From assembly GCA_030531905.1 (NCBI GenBank), contig JAUNMG010000007.1, forward strand, positions 1-54,864: a stretch of 54,864 nucleotides of DNA, given 5' to 3'. A program made the position numbers and the translations under genes. Positions 41,206 through 52,461 of the stretch are shown here, in pieces. Numbering within the stretch: the stretch's first letter is position 1; each line of letters opens with the position of its first letter. The stretch comes from a bacterium. Its GTDB lineage: Bacteria; Bacillota_I; Bacilli_A; RF39; UBA660. The notes under the pieces are model-generated. The model was not told where the DNA came from. It was given only the letters and a program-made list of their open reading frames with translations, and ran no database searches.

Positions 41206-41242
41206 ATGGCGAATCTGTTCGAACTATTCGAACTTTAAATAT

Positions 41243-41270
41243 ATGAATCAATCAGAAATGATTGATTTTT
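41243..41270 (+). terminator. Terminator after tRNA-Arg (inside island left end)
   Basis: aatcaatca-gaaa-tgattgatt followed by T run. Confidence 0.75.
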
Positions 41271-41299
41271 TCGTTTTTTGAAAAAATCATAGAAAGGAT

Positions 41300-41578
41300 T
41301 TGTCTATGATAAATATTATTAAAGAAGAAATTGAAATTGAAGAATCTTTAGAATCGAGGTTAAGAGTAATATGTGATTTTTGTAATACTACTCCAACAAT
41401 AATAAATGGAAGTATTAGAAGAATTGATAAAACTAATTTAACTTATATTGAGCCACATAGAATATATATTAAAAACAATTTATATCTAGCATTTAATTAT
41501 TCTAGTGAAATATATGTTAATAATTTAGGTAAAAAAATTAAATTATCAGAACTTGAAGATTATATAAAACAAGCATAG
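41300..41578 (+). CDS. Small hypothetical protein at island left end
   Basis: 92-aa ORF with AAAGGA RBS; contains CDFC; function unknown. Confidence 0.6.
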   Translation: MSMINIIKEEIEIEESLESRLRVICDFCNTTPTIINGSIRRIDKTNLTYIEPHRIYIKNNLYLAFNYSSEIYVNNLGKKIKLSELEDYIKQA

Positions 41579-41581
41579 GTC

Positions 41582-43807
<2,226 letters not shown>

Positions 43808-43855
43808 ATTTTGGATAGACCTAAAATGAACTATAAAAGAGAGGTAGTAAATTGT

Positions 43856-44062
43856 ATGAAAAAAGAATTTTATAATATTAAATATGGTAAATGTAATTTA
43901 TTAGATAAGGAGAATAAATTGTATTTAGTATATGCTGAAAAATGTGATTTACATTATATAGTTTGTACTTATATTGATGATATGGGTACTATGATGGGAC
44001 AAGAGTTTTTTGAAACTTTAAAAGAAGCAAAAGAATATTTTGATGAAAATAAAGAAGTGTGA
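43856..44062 (+). CDS. Small hypothetical protein coupled to the relaxase gene
   Basis: ATG 43856 after AGAGGT RBS; stop overlaps the GTG of the next ORF. Confidence 0.55.
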   Translation: MKKEFYNIKYGKCNLLDKENKLYLVYAEKCDLHYIVCTYIDDMGTMMGQEFFETLKEAKEYFDENKEV

Positions 44063-45444
44063 TTTTTATGGAACTTGTATATTCACTACATCTTGGTAGT
44101 GATAAAAATAAAAAGAATTCAGTAAGAGCAAGTGCTAAAAATAATGTAAGTGGAACTACTTCTAAAAGTAATAATGCTATACAAAATGCTAAACAATTAT
44201 CAAGAGTTGATAAACATAATTATAGAAAATATGATAATAATCAAGAGGATATTTGTATCGTAAGAGGAACTAATTCACTCTATGAAGATGTTAAACAATT
44301 ATATTTAGATTTATTTGAAGAATCTAAAATTAAGTATAATGAAAAACAAAGAGAAACAAGAAAGATAAATGATTATTTCTCTCATATATCAGATAATGCT
44401 AAAAATGATTTAGCTTGTGAACTAATTATTGAACTTGGAAATAAAAAATATTGGGATACAAAAGATATGGATTTTAAAAAGAAAATGACTAATGTATATA
44501 AAAAACAAGTTGAAGATTTAGAAATGCTAGTTCCTAATTTTAAAATAGCAAGTGCAATTATTCATTATGATGAAACAAGTCCACATATGCATATTGTAGG
44601 TGTTCCTATTAAAGAAAAAAATAAATATGGTATGGAATTACAAGTTGGTAAATCTGATGTATTTACAAAGGATTCTTTAAAAGTGTTACAAGATAAAATG
44701 AGAACGCTTTGTATTGAAGAATTTAATAAAGAATATGGATTAGATAATATTCTTAAGAAGAAACGTAAAGGAAGAAATAATGACTTTCTTGTTAGTGAAA
44801 TGGATAACTATAGTGAAATGCAAGAAGCAATAGAAAAACACCAAATGAATTTAGAAAAAGCAAATGAAAGTTCAAAAGATTTAGATAAAAATACAAATGA
44901 AATAAAAGATATTGTTAATGATTTAAAGAATGTTCCTTTAACCAAAAATAGTTACATATTAAAACAAGAAGATAAGGATAAATTAGTAGAATATTTAGAT
45001 AAAGTTGATAAAACAAATAATGACTATAAAACTATTCAAGATTTATCAGTATCATTAAAAGATATATCTACTGAACTATCAGAAAGCAAAGAAACAATAA
45101 AAATATTAAAACAATCAAATGATGCTTTAGAATTAAGAAATATCAATTTAAAAACTGAAAATTCTAAATTAAAAGAAAAGAATAAAACTCTACAAAAAGA
45201 ACTAGATAACATTAAAGAATTATTTGAAAAGATTAAAAATAAAATTAACAATCTATATCACTTCTTTGTAGATAAAATGTGGGGTAATAAAGAAAAACGT
45301 GATAAATATTATCCAGTTGCTTATGAATTATATGGTAAGAATATTTTAGATGAAGAACAAATAAGAGGTATATTAGGAACTAAACAAAGGTCAGCAGAAA
45401 TAGATAGAGAGTCAAAATCAAGAGATGATGATTTTGAATTATAA
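44059..45444 (+). CDS. mobV: MOBV/Pre plasmid recombination-mobilization relaxase
   Basis: HNYR motif I, AIIHYDETSPHMHIVGVP (HxDE..PHxH), LQD, long C-terminal coiled coil ending RDDDFEL. Confidence 0.88.
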   Translation: MIFMELVYSLHLGSDKNKKNSVRASAKNNVSGTTSKSNNAIQNAKQLSRVDKHNYRKYDNNQEDICIVRGTNSLYEDVKQLYLDLFEESKIKYNEKQRETRKINDYFSHISDNAKNDLACELIIELGNKKYWDTKDMDFKKKMTNVYKKQVEDLEMLVPNFKIASAIIHYDETSPHMHIVGVPIKEKNKYGMELQVGKSDVFTKDSLKVLQDKMRTLCIEEFNKEYGLDNILKKKRKGRNNDFLVSEMDNYSEMQEAIEKHQMNLEKANESSKDLDKNTNEIKDIVNDLKNVPLTKNSYILKQEDKDKLVEYLDKVDKTNNDYKTIQDLSVSLKDISTELSESKETIKILKQSNDALELRNINLKTENSKLKEKNKTLQKELDNIKELFEKIKNKINNLYHFFVDKMWGNKEKRDKYYPVAYELYGKNILDEEQIRGILGTKQRSAEIDRESKSRDDDFEL

Positions 45445-45530
45445 TGCTGAAAATATATAAATATATGATATAATTAAAATAGATTTTGTATAATCATTAT
45501 GATTATACTTTTTTATTGGAGGAAAGATTA

Positions 45531-46076
45531 ATGAAAAAACAAAAAAATATAGATGATGCTTACAAAAAACTAGAAATGATAAATCAATGGATTAATAATT
45601 CAGATAGTAAATCATCAATTGTTTTAGGTTTAGTAGGAATTATTTTTACAATTGTTTTTACTAACACAAATTTTATAAATAATATAGAAAGAATTATTAG
45701 TGAAATTAGTAAGCATATAATTTTTAGCGATGTTTTATATATTATATTTTTTATCATTTCTATTGTATGTTGTTTATATGGGATTTGGTCTTTAATAAAA
45801 GTATTAGTCCCTACAATTAAATCAAAAAATGTGAAAATAAAATCATATTTATTTTTTGGAAGTATAGCAAAGTATTCTAATTATAAAGAATATAAAGAAG
45901 AATTTTTAAAAGCAAATGGTGATGATATTATTGATGATTTATTAAATCAAATATATCAAAATTCAATTATTTGTAATAAAAAATATATTAATTTTACAAA
46001 TGGATTAAAATACTTTTTATTAGGTTTTGTTAGTTCGTTAATAATATTTGAATTAGGTGTATTAATTTATTTATAG
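45531..46076 (+). CDS. Pycsar transmembrane effector (PycTM/DUF5706-like)
   Basis: WINNSDSKSSIVL, TM helices, YLFFGSIA, DLLNQIYQNSIIC..KY..F..GL; ATG 45531 after GGAGG; adjacent to a cyclase. Confidence 0.82.
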   Translation: MKKQKNIDDAYKKLEMINQWINNSDSKSSIVLGLVGIIFTIVFTNTNFINNIERIISEISKHIIFSDVLYIIFFIISIVCCLYGIWSLIKVLVPTIKSKNVKIKSYLFFGSIAKYSNYKEYKEEFLKANGDDIIDDLLNQIYQNSIICNKKYINFTNGLKYFLLGFVSSLIIFELGVLIYL

Positions 46077-46086
46077 GAGGTTATAA

Positions 46087-46821
46087 ATGTATTACAATTA
46101 CAAAGAAGGTAAAAAGAAAATTGAAGAAATTTTAAATAATAATACAGAAATTCAAAACAAAGAAGTACCAAAAGATGATAGTAATTTTACCTACGATAAT
46201 GGTATTAAAAGTTGGATTGGATCTATTTTTGTTGATATAGTTGGTTCTAAAAAATTAATTGAAGGAGAAAAAGATATAGTTGTAGCAAAAGTGTTAAGGA
46301 GTTTTACATCTGAAATAATATCAATAATGAATAGTAGTGATAACGTAAGACAAATTGGTGTACGTGGAGATTGTGTATATGGAGTATTTTCAACACCATA
46401 TCAACCTGACATATATGAATTGTTAACTATTGCTACATACATTAATTGTTTAATAAAAATGTTAAATAAATTATTAACTAAAAAGAATCTTCCAAATATT
46501 AACGTTGGAATTGGAATTGGCGTCGGCGAGGATTTAATAGTTAAGGCAGGAAAAAAAGGGACTGGAATAAATGATAGAATTTGGATCGGAAAAGCAGTTA
46601 TTGATGCTTGTGTTTTAGCTGATAAGGCAGGTAGAAATGGAAATGCTATTATAGGTGTAAGTAGTCTTGCTTATGAAAATTTTATAGAAAAATTAACTGA
46701 AGAAAATTCTGAAGCACCAAAATGGTTTACTCAAAAATTTGATTTTGATTTAAACAAGTATTCATATTATGGCAATATTATAGATAATAGTTTTAACAAA
46801 TGGATTGACGAAAATTTTTAG
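46087..46821 (+). CDS. pycC: Class III nucleotide cyclase, Pycsar PycC-like
   Basis: IFVDIVGS and RGDCVYGVF metal-binding Asps, VGIGIG, IWIGKAV..A..L; operon with TM effector. Confidence 0.8.
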   Translation: MYYNYKEGKKKIEEILNNNTEIQNKEVPKDDSNFTYDNGIKSWIGSIFVDIVGSKKLIEGEKDIVVAKVLRSFTSEIISIMNSSDNVRQIGVRGDCVYGVFSTPYQPDIYELLTIATYINCLIKMLNKLLTKKNLPNINVGIGIGVGEDLIVKAGKKGTGINDRIWIGKAVIDACVLADKAGRNGNAIIGVSSLAYENFIEKLTEENSEAPKWFTQKFDFDLNKYSYYGNIIDNSFNKWIDENF

Positions 46822-46923
46822 TAGAATATTATAGTTATTGATAAATTATTAATATTTTAATAAAATTAGTAATAAATTAAAAAATGCTGTATAATAGATA
46901 GAAAGTTAAGGGAGGTTTTGAAC

Positions 46924-47730
46924 ATGAGTAATAAAAAGAAGAATAAAGATGTATTAATTATGATAGGTGGAGAATCAGAAACATTTAAAAGAGTAACTAA
47001 AGGTGATAGAATTAAAACTAAAGATGGTTATTATATAGCTGGTGAAACCGTCAAAGAAAACATGAATAGATGGGAACAAAATTTATTAGAATCTGAAAAA
47101 AATTTAAAAAGATTGAATGGCAAATTGGAGAAAGAAGTAAAAAAGTCCACAAAGTTAGATTTTAAAACATGGTTATATTTATATATTACACATGCCGTTA
47201 GAATAGAACATCCTCCTGTTATAGATGTAGAAGATAAAAGAACAATGTATGTTAAAGATAGTAAAAAAAATGAAGTATATGTATTTAGAAATTACGATGA
47301 ATATAAAAATTACTTTTTAATGTATCTAGATAGTATTGAAGAAGACATTATAGATTTAGCAATTTATACTAGAGGAAGTAAAGGTCAAATAATTGCCTTA
47401 AAAGGATTATGTGAACATATTATTGTTAAGAAAAAAATAAATGACTTTTATAGTTCAATAACACAAGAAAAGATAGATAAAATTCATGCTAAAGGAAAAC
47501 TCACTCCTTTAGAAGCCGTACAAATGTGGGAATCCTTTGATTTATGTGTTGAAGGAAGTAAATCAATTTTCTCTAAAAGTAGATGCCAATATTTTGATTA
47601 TAAATGTCATGAATGTTTAATGGAATCTGCATCACATAAATTGGAACATGATCCAATTGAATTTGAATTGGTAAATTCAACTAAAGAAGAACAAGGACCA
47701 GTTAAAAAACTAGTTCCAAATAAGAAATAG
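46924..47730 (+). CDS. Hypothetical cargo protein
   Basis: ATG after GGGAGGT; C...RC......CHECL Cys cluster; ends EEQGPVKKLVPNKK. Confidence 0.7.
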   Translation: MSNKKKNKDVLIMIGGESETFKRVTKGDRIKTKDGYYIAGETVKENMNRWEQNLLESEKNLKRLNGKLEKEVKKSTKLDFKTWLYLYITHAVRIEHPPVIDVEDKRTMYVKDSKKNEVYVFRNYDEYKNYFLMYLDSIEEDIIDLAIYTRGSKGQIIALKGLCEHIIVKKKINDFYSSITQEKIDKIHAKGKLTPLEAVQMWESFDLCVEGSKSIFSKSRCQYFDYKCHECLMESASHKLEHDPIEFELVNSTKEEQGPVKKLVPNKK

Positions 47731-47741
47731 GAGGTTTAACT

Positions 47742-48527
47742 ATGGCAAAAATATTTAGTGAAGATGCGTATTGTTTAGGATTACTATATTCATATTTATT
47801 TGCGGGTAAAAAAATGGTATTAAAAGATGATTTAGATGAGTATTATAAAGCTATTGAGAAGAATTTAGAAAATACAGGTGCAATGGATTTATATGCTACT
47901 GTGTGGCATGATGATGATCCATGTATTTACTATCCTAGTGAAGGTAAAAATGGAGAAGTGTATTATGTTTTATATCCTAATTTCGATATAGATAGAGCAA
48001 AATCAAAATATATTGGTTGTTTGTCGACACAAGTTTTAGTTGCAACACAAGAGGAAAATGCACTTAATTGTTTAGGATTACAATTAAAAGATGGAAATAT
48101 TTGTAAAAGGAATAATTACCATATTGGTATTGTTAGTGCTCCTACATTTATGAATCAATTTATTGAAAAATTAAAAAGTGGAGAATTAAAAATAGAGACA
48201 TGTCCTCAAGTTGAAGTAGATTCAGAATTAACTGAAGAATATATTATAAAACAATTAGAATCGTATCAAAAACTGCTCGAATCTGAAGTTATTGAAAAAG
48301 CAACAAATAAATTAATCATACGAGATGCTAGTTATTTAAAAGAAGAAGCAAAAGTTGTTGAAATTAAAAAAAGTGAAGATCATGATAGATTAGTTGATGA
48401 AGCAAATGTAAGAATTGAAGAAGGTAGAAGAAGAGAAGCTAAAGCTTGGCATGATGCTCAAAATTACATTGTTGATTATAATGAAGAAGGGCCAGTAAAA
48501 AAATTAGTTCCAAATAATAAGAAATAA
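47742..48527 (+). CDS. Hypothetical cargo protein
   Basis: AGGAGG RBS; ends EEGPVKKLVPNNKK. Confidence 0.7.
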   Translation: MAKIFSEDAYCLGLLYSYLFAGKKMVLKDDLDEYYKAIEKNLENTGAMDLYATVWHDDDPCIYYPSEGKNGEVYYVLYPNFDIDRAKSKYIGCLSTQVLVATQEENALNCLGLQLKDGNICKRNNYHIGIVSAPTFMNQFIEKLKSGELKIETCPQVEVDSELTEEYIIKQLESYQKLLESEVIEKATNKLIIRDASYLKEEAKVVEIKKSEDHDRLVDEANVRIEEGRRREAKAWHDAQNYIVDYNEEGPVKKLVPNNKK

Positions 48528-48667
48528 TGAAGGTATAGGAATATAACTTTTAAAGTTATTTATAATAAAATTATTGCTCATATTATTATGATTTGTTATA
48601 ATTTATATAGATTGATTCATATGAATCGTTATTGCCGAAAAAAAGTTGTAGACCTCTACGTCGTCGG

Positions 48668-48741
48668 CACCAGATTGATATGAAACTCGAACTTTTTCGG
48701 GATAACATAAAAACTACTTTCAAATTAAATTAAAGGTAGTT
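48668..48741 (+). repeat. att-like junction repeat, copy A
   Basis: CACCA-gattgatatgaaac-TCGAACT-ttttcgggataacataaaaactactttcaaat...aaggtagtt; homologous to 49263-49334. Confidence 0.8.
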
Positions 48742-48882
48742 GTATTTTATTAATTTAAAAATACACTTGCAAATTGTCAAAAATTAACATTTATTAATTG
48801 GAGAAAATATGGTAGATAAAAAATAAAGGAAATAAGAAACCTGAAATTGATAAGAACAAAAAAATATATATGGAGTGTAAAC

Positions 48883-49149
48883 ATGGGTAGAACAAGTGAA
48901 AATGACTTTATTTCCAGAATAAAAGAGATAAGAAAAAATATGAACTATACTAGTGCTGTATCTAGAACAGAACCTGTTGCTAAAATTCCCATAAATGGTG
49001 CAAAATTAGAAGAATTGGATAGGAGTATTAGAGAAAAATGTAGACAAAATCATTTAGAAAATCATAATTTAGAAGATAATGATGAAATTTATTATGCTGG
49101 TAATTCACAGGAAAAATGTTCAGTAAAGAAACTGACAAGAAAATACTAA
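48883..49149 (+). CDS. Hypothetical protein (sole gene of unit 2)
   Basis: ATG 48883 after GGAGTG; ends SVKKLTRKY. Confidence 0.6.
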   Translation: MGRTSENDFISRIKEIRKNMNYTSAVSRTEPVAKIPINGAKLEELDRSIREKCRQNHLENHNLEDNDEIYYAGNSQEKCSVKKLTRKY

Positions 49150-49262
49150 ATTGCGGTAAATATATTGTTTTTTTAATGCTTTGATGTAATTACTTTAGTT
49201 AGTAAGTTTATTACTTACTATCATCTTTTAGCCTTGGGGTTGTTAGATATACTCTTTCCTTG

Positions 49263-49334
49263 CACCAGATTGATAGTAAACTCGAACTTCTCGAGATAAT
49301 ATAAAGCTACTTTCAAATAAGCAAGAAAGTAGTT
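49263..49334 (+). repeat. att-like junction repeat, copy B
   Basis: CACCA-gattgatagtaaac-TCGAACT-tctcgagataatataaagctactttcaaat...aaagtagtt; homologous to 48668-48741. Confidence 0.8.
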
Positions 49335-49456
49335 TTTTAAATTTTACAAATTGATTTCATCAATTAATGTGTGATGAATATTTTTATATATTTATTGACA
49401 TATATTCAAATAATATTTAAAATATAGTATAATTAAATAGAAATGGAGACTTTATT

Positions 49457-49999
49457 ATGATTGAAATAAATAAATTAAAATCAATGATAAAAAATAATAA
49501 AAACGTATTTAAAGATAATATAAATGATATGACTATAAAATCATCAAGTGGTAATAATATAATTTTTAGTGATTTTAAAGGAAACGAAATAACAGCAGAA
49601 ATTAATGGTAGTGATATAATATCTAGATTTGATGATAAAAATAAGTATGTTAAGGCTACAGAACCATCAAGAGATTTTTTAGAAAGAAAATTAGGAATTC
49701 CATATGAAGAATTTGACAAATTAGATTGTGATGAACAACATAAAATTCTTCAAGCACATAAAAAGAGTTTAAAACCAACTAAAAAAGATGAAGTTCTAAT
49801 GATGATTGGAAGTGGTGAATATTCAACTTTTATCAAAGTAAAAAAAGGTGAAAGAGTAATGCTTAGTGATGGAACTTTTGTTGAAGCAGGTTTAACACTG
49901 GAAGAATCAAAAAGAAGATTAGATGATAAAATGGATGATATGCTATATAGTAAACCAGTTGCCTTAGTAAAAAAAATTAGTAGAAAGTTTAAAAAATAA
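49457..49999 (+). CDS. Hypothetical protein (sole gene of unit 3)
   Basis: Promoter TTGACA-N17-TAAAAT at 49395; GGAG RBS; shares a ~50-aa segment with the N-terminus of 46924; ends LVKKISRKFKK. Confidence 0.7.
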   Translation: MIEINKLKSMIKNNKNVFKDNINDMTIKSSSGNNIIFSDFKGNEITAEINGSDIISRFDDKNKYVKATEPSRDFLERKLGIPYEEFDKLDCDEQHKILQAHKKSLKPTKKDEVLMMIGSGEYSTFIKVKKGERVMLSDGTFVEAGLTLEESKRRLDDKMDDMLYSKPVALVKKISRKFKK

Positions 50000-50026
50000 T
50001 TTTTGGAAATTGGTTTTCCTTTATGG

Positions 50027-50077
50027 CACCAAATTGTTAGAAAATGTCTTGATTTTAAATGATTTCAAGGCGTTTTT
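50027..50077 (+). terminator. Distal CACCA junction with terminator (probable right boundary of island)
   Basis: ggCACCA-aattgttagaaaat (10/14 match to copy B arm), then aaaatgtcttga...tcaaggcgtttt hairpin plus Ts. Confidence 0.55.
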
Positions 50078-50379
50078 ATTATTTTTAAAAAGAGTGGGAA
50101 GATAGAGCCAAAGATAATTTGAAAAATTTAGATTTTTAATTATGAATAAGTATATTATAATCTAAGTAACATAAAAAATAACTATGGACCTATTTTACCA
50201 AACTTTGAATGTTATTCAAATGCCTGCAATAAAAAACACTTTCATTATTATGTAAAGATAACAGTCACTAACTAAATGTTGTTAAATATACTTTGAAAAA
50301 AGTTAAAAAAATAAAAAATATTTATAAAGTTTCAATACTATATGATATAATTTATTTAATATTATTTGTGGTAATTTTT

Positions 50380-51137
50380 ATGACTAAAAAAATTTAATAA
50401 TAAGAGGAATATCATTTATAATTGTAGGTATTGTTTTATTGATATTAATGGTTAATTTTAGTGATACTAAACTTCCTATATTAGGATATCATTCCTTTAC
50501 TAAAGAAAAAAGTAATGATCAATTTGTAATAGAATTAGATCAGTTTGAGCAACAGTTAAAGTATTTAAAGAAGCATAAGTATAAAACTATTGGTTTAGAT
50601 GAGGCATATGATATTTTTAAAAATAAGAAAAAAATACCTAGAAAAACAGTAATGATTACTTTTGATGATGGTTATCAATCTAATTATGATTTAGCTTTTC
50701 CACTTCTAAAAAAGTATAATATGAAAGCAGTTGTGTTTGTAGTTGGATATCATGCCAAAACTAATAAAGATGGATATATGTCTTTAGAAACTCTTAGTAA
50801 AGTAAAATCAGAATATCCTAATGTAGAAATAGCCTCACATACATATAATCTTCACGTTGATGGAGTAGTTGGTATAGATAAAAAACAATTAGAAAAAGAT
50901 TTTAAAAAAATGAATGATATTGTAGATACTAAGTATTTTGCTTATCCATATGGTAAAAATGATAAAACTGTAGAAAAGGTACTTAAAAATAATGGTTATA
51001 AGTTAGCCTTTACTTTTGGTCCAGGTAAGGAGCATAGAAGAGCAGGAATAGAAAAGGATTTATATAAAATTCCAAGACTTAATATTACTAATAATATGCC
51101 AATGTGGAAATTTATCTTAAGACTAAAATATATTTAA
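50380..51137 (+). CDS. Polysaccharide deacetylase (CE4/NodB); N-terminal anchor out of frame at an A7 tract
   Basis: [32 protein letters not shown]; ATG 50380 plus TM anchor joins the frame only if one A is added at 50386-50392. Confidence 0.85.
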
Positions 51138-51153
51138 TAAAAATGTTTCTTCT

Positions 51154-51858
51154 TTATTTTTCAATATTACATATATATGAGATATTATCTAAATAAGTTT
51201 TCTTATACTCAAGTATTTCTTTTTCTGTTTTTATTGTCCAGATGAAAATACTATAATGATCTTTAAAATGTTTATAATATTTTTTTGTTAACATGGTCTT
51301 TTTAATAGCAAGGAAATCAGGTTTTAAATAATAAATTGGAAGATTAGTTTTAAAGATAAAATCAACTATATTTATATTATATTTATCAGTTATCAATAAA
51401 CCAAGCCTATACTTATTGGTTTTCTTTTTTATTTGTTTTACAATGAAGGGATTAAAGGATTTTAAATATACTTTTCCTTTATAGTTTTCTAATTCTTTTA
51501 GAACTAATTCAACTACTAACTTTTTTTTATTTGTATTCTTTATTTCAATATCAAGTAGTATTTTAGAGTTTACCAAGTCAAGTACTTCTTTAAATGTTGG
51601 AATTATTTCATTTGTATTTAGTAACCTCAATTTTCTTACGTCTGCAAAATCTGTATCTTGAATAAATTTATCAACGCCGGTCATTCTTTTTAAATTATCA
51701 TCATGAAATATAACAAGTTTATTATCTTTTGTTATTTGAATATCAAATTCAATAGGAACATTTTTATCTAATGCTTTTTTAAAACTAGAGATACTATTTT
51801 CAGGAGTAGTTATATTATCATGTATTCCTCTATGAGCTATTACTAAATTTTTTTTCAT
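51154..51858 (-). CDS. Glycerophosphodiester phosphodiesterase
   Basis: IAHRG, PENSISSF, IEFDIQITKD..LVIFHDDNLKRMTG, IPTF.EVL, IEIK, SFNP. Confidence 0.9.
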   Translation of the reverse strand: MKKNLVIAHRGIHDNITTPENSISSFKKALDKNVPIEFDIQITKDNKLVIFHDDNLKRMTGVDKFIQDTDFADVRKLRLLNTNEIIPTFKEVLDLVNSKILLDIEIKNTNKKKLVVELVLKELENYKGKVYLKSFNPFIVKQIKKKTNKYRLGLLITDKYNINIVDFIFKTNLPIYYLKPDFLAIKKTMLTKKYYKHFKDHYSIFIWTIKTEKEILEYKKTYLDNISYICNIEK

Positions 51859-51960
51859 AAATACCGCCTCTTATACATTTTATCATAATAGGACACATTA
51901 AATTCATTTTTTCTTGATTTTTTGAAACAATTATGGTATAATTAGACAAGTTTTAGGGGG

Positions 51961-52413
51961 ATGGTAGATATGTTATTTACTAGTAAAGTAGAAAAAGAAA
52001 TAAGAGATGATATTAATTATAATGGTTATAATTATGTTTCTCAAGATATGAAAATGCAGTTATTAAAAGATGCAGTTTCAAATAGTATGGCATCATACTT
52101 AAAAATTGAAAATAGGGGAAATTATTCATTAAGCGATTTAGTTATGGTAATGGATGTAAAAACAAGACTTGAAAGGACAAGTAGGGAAATATTTTCAAGT
52201 TACATTAATGGAATTCTAAATATTGCTAGTGAAATTCAAGGTTCTGTTATATCTTGGAGACAGAGTGATCAAGAAAAATCAAGCTTTAAATATGATGAAT
52301 ATGGATTTGCTAAAGACTTTGTTTCTCCAAAAAATGAAAAAACATCTATGGTTATGTTAGATTTAATAAATGGTTTAGAAAACAGAGATGTACAAAAGCT
52401 ACTAGTAAAATAG
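51961..52413 (+). CDS. Hypothetical protein
   Basis: 150-aa ORF with extended -10 (TGGTATAAT) and AGGGGG RBS; ends VQKLLVK. Confidence 0.6.
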   Translation: MVDMLFTSKVEKEIRDDINYNGYNYVSQDMKMQLLKDAVSNSMASYLKIENRGNYSLSDLVMVMDVKTRLERTSREIFSSYINGILNIASEIQGSVISWRQSDQEKSSFKYDEYGFAKDFVSPKNEKTSMVMLDLINGLENRDVQKLLVK

Positions 52414-52461
52414 TAGTTTTATTTTCTATAAATATGCTATAATATAAATAGGTGAAGAAAA

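Noticed and set aside
48621-48683. 20-codon ORF MNRYCRKKVVDLYVVGTRLI across junction A
   Set aside because: No RBS, spans a recombination junction, and has no counterpart at junction B
48668-49334. Junction repeats as a CRISPR array or classical integron attC sites
   Set aside because: Only two close copies ~595 bp apart with a gene between them; no cas genes, no tyrosine integrase, and no RYYYAAC...GTTRRRY arrangement in the right order
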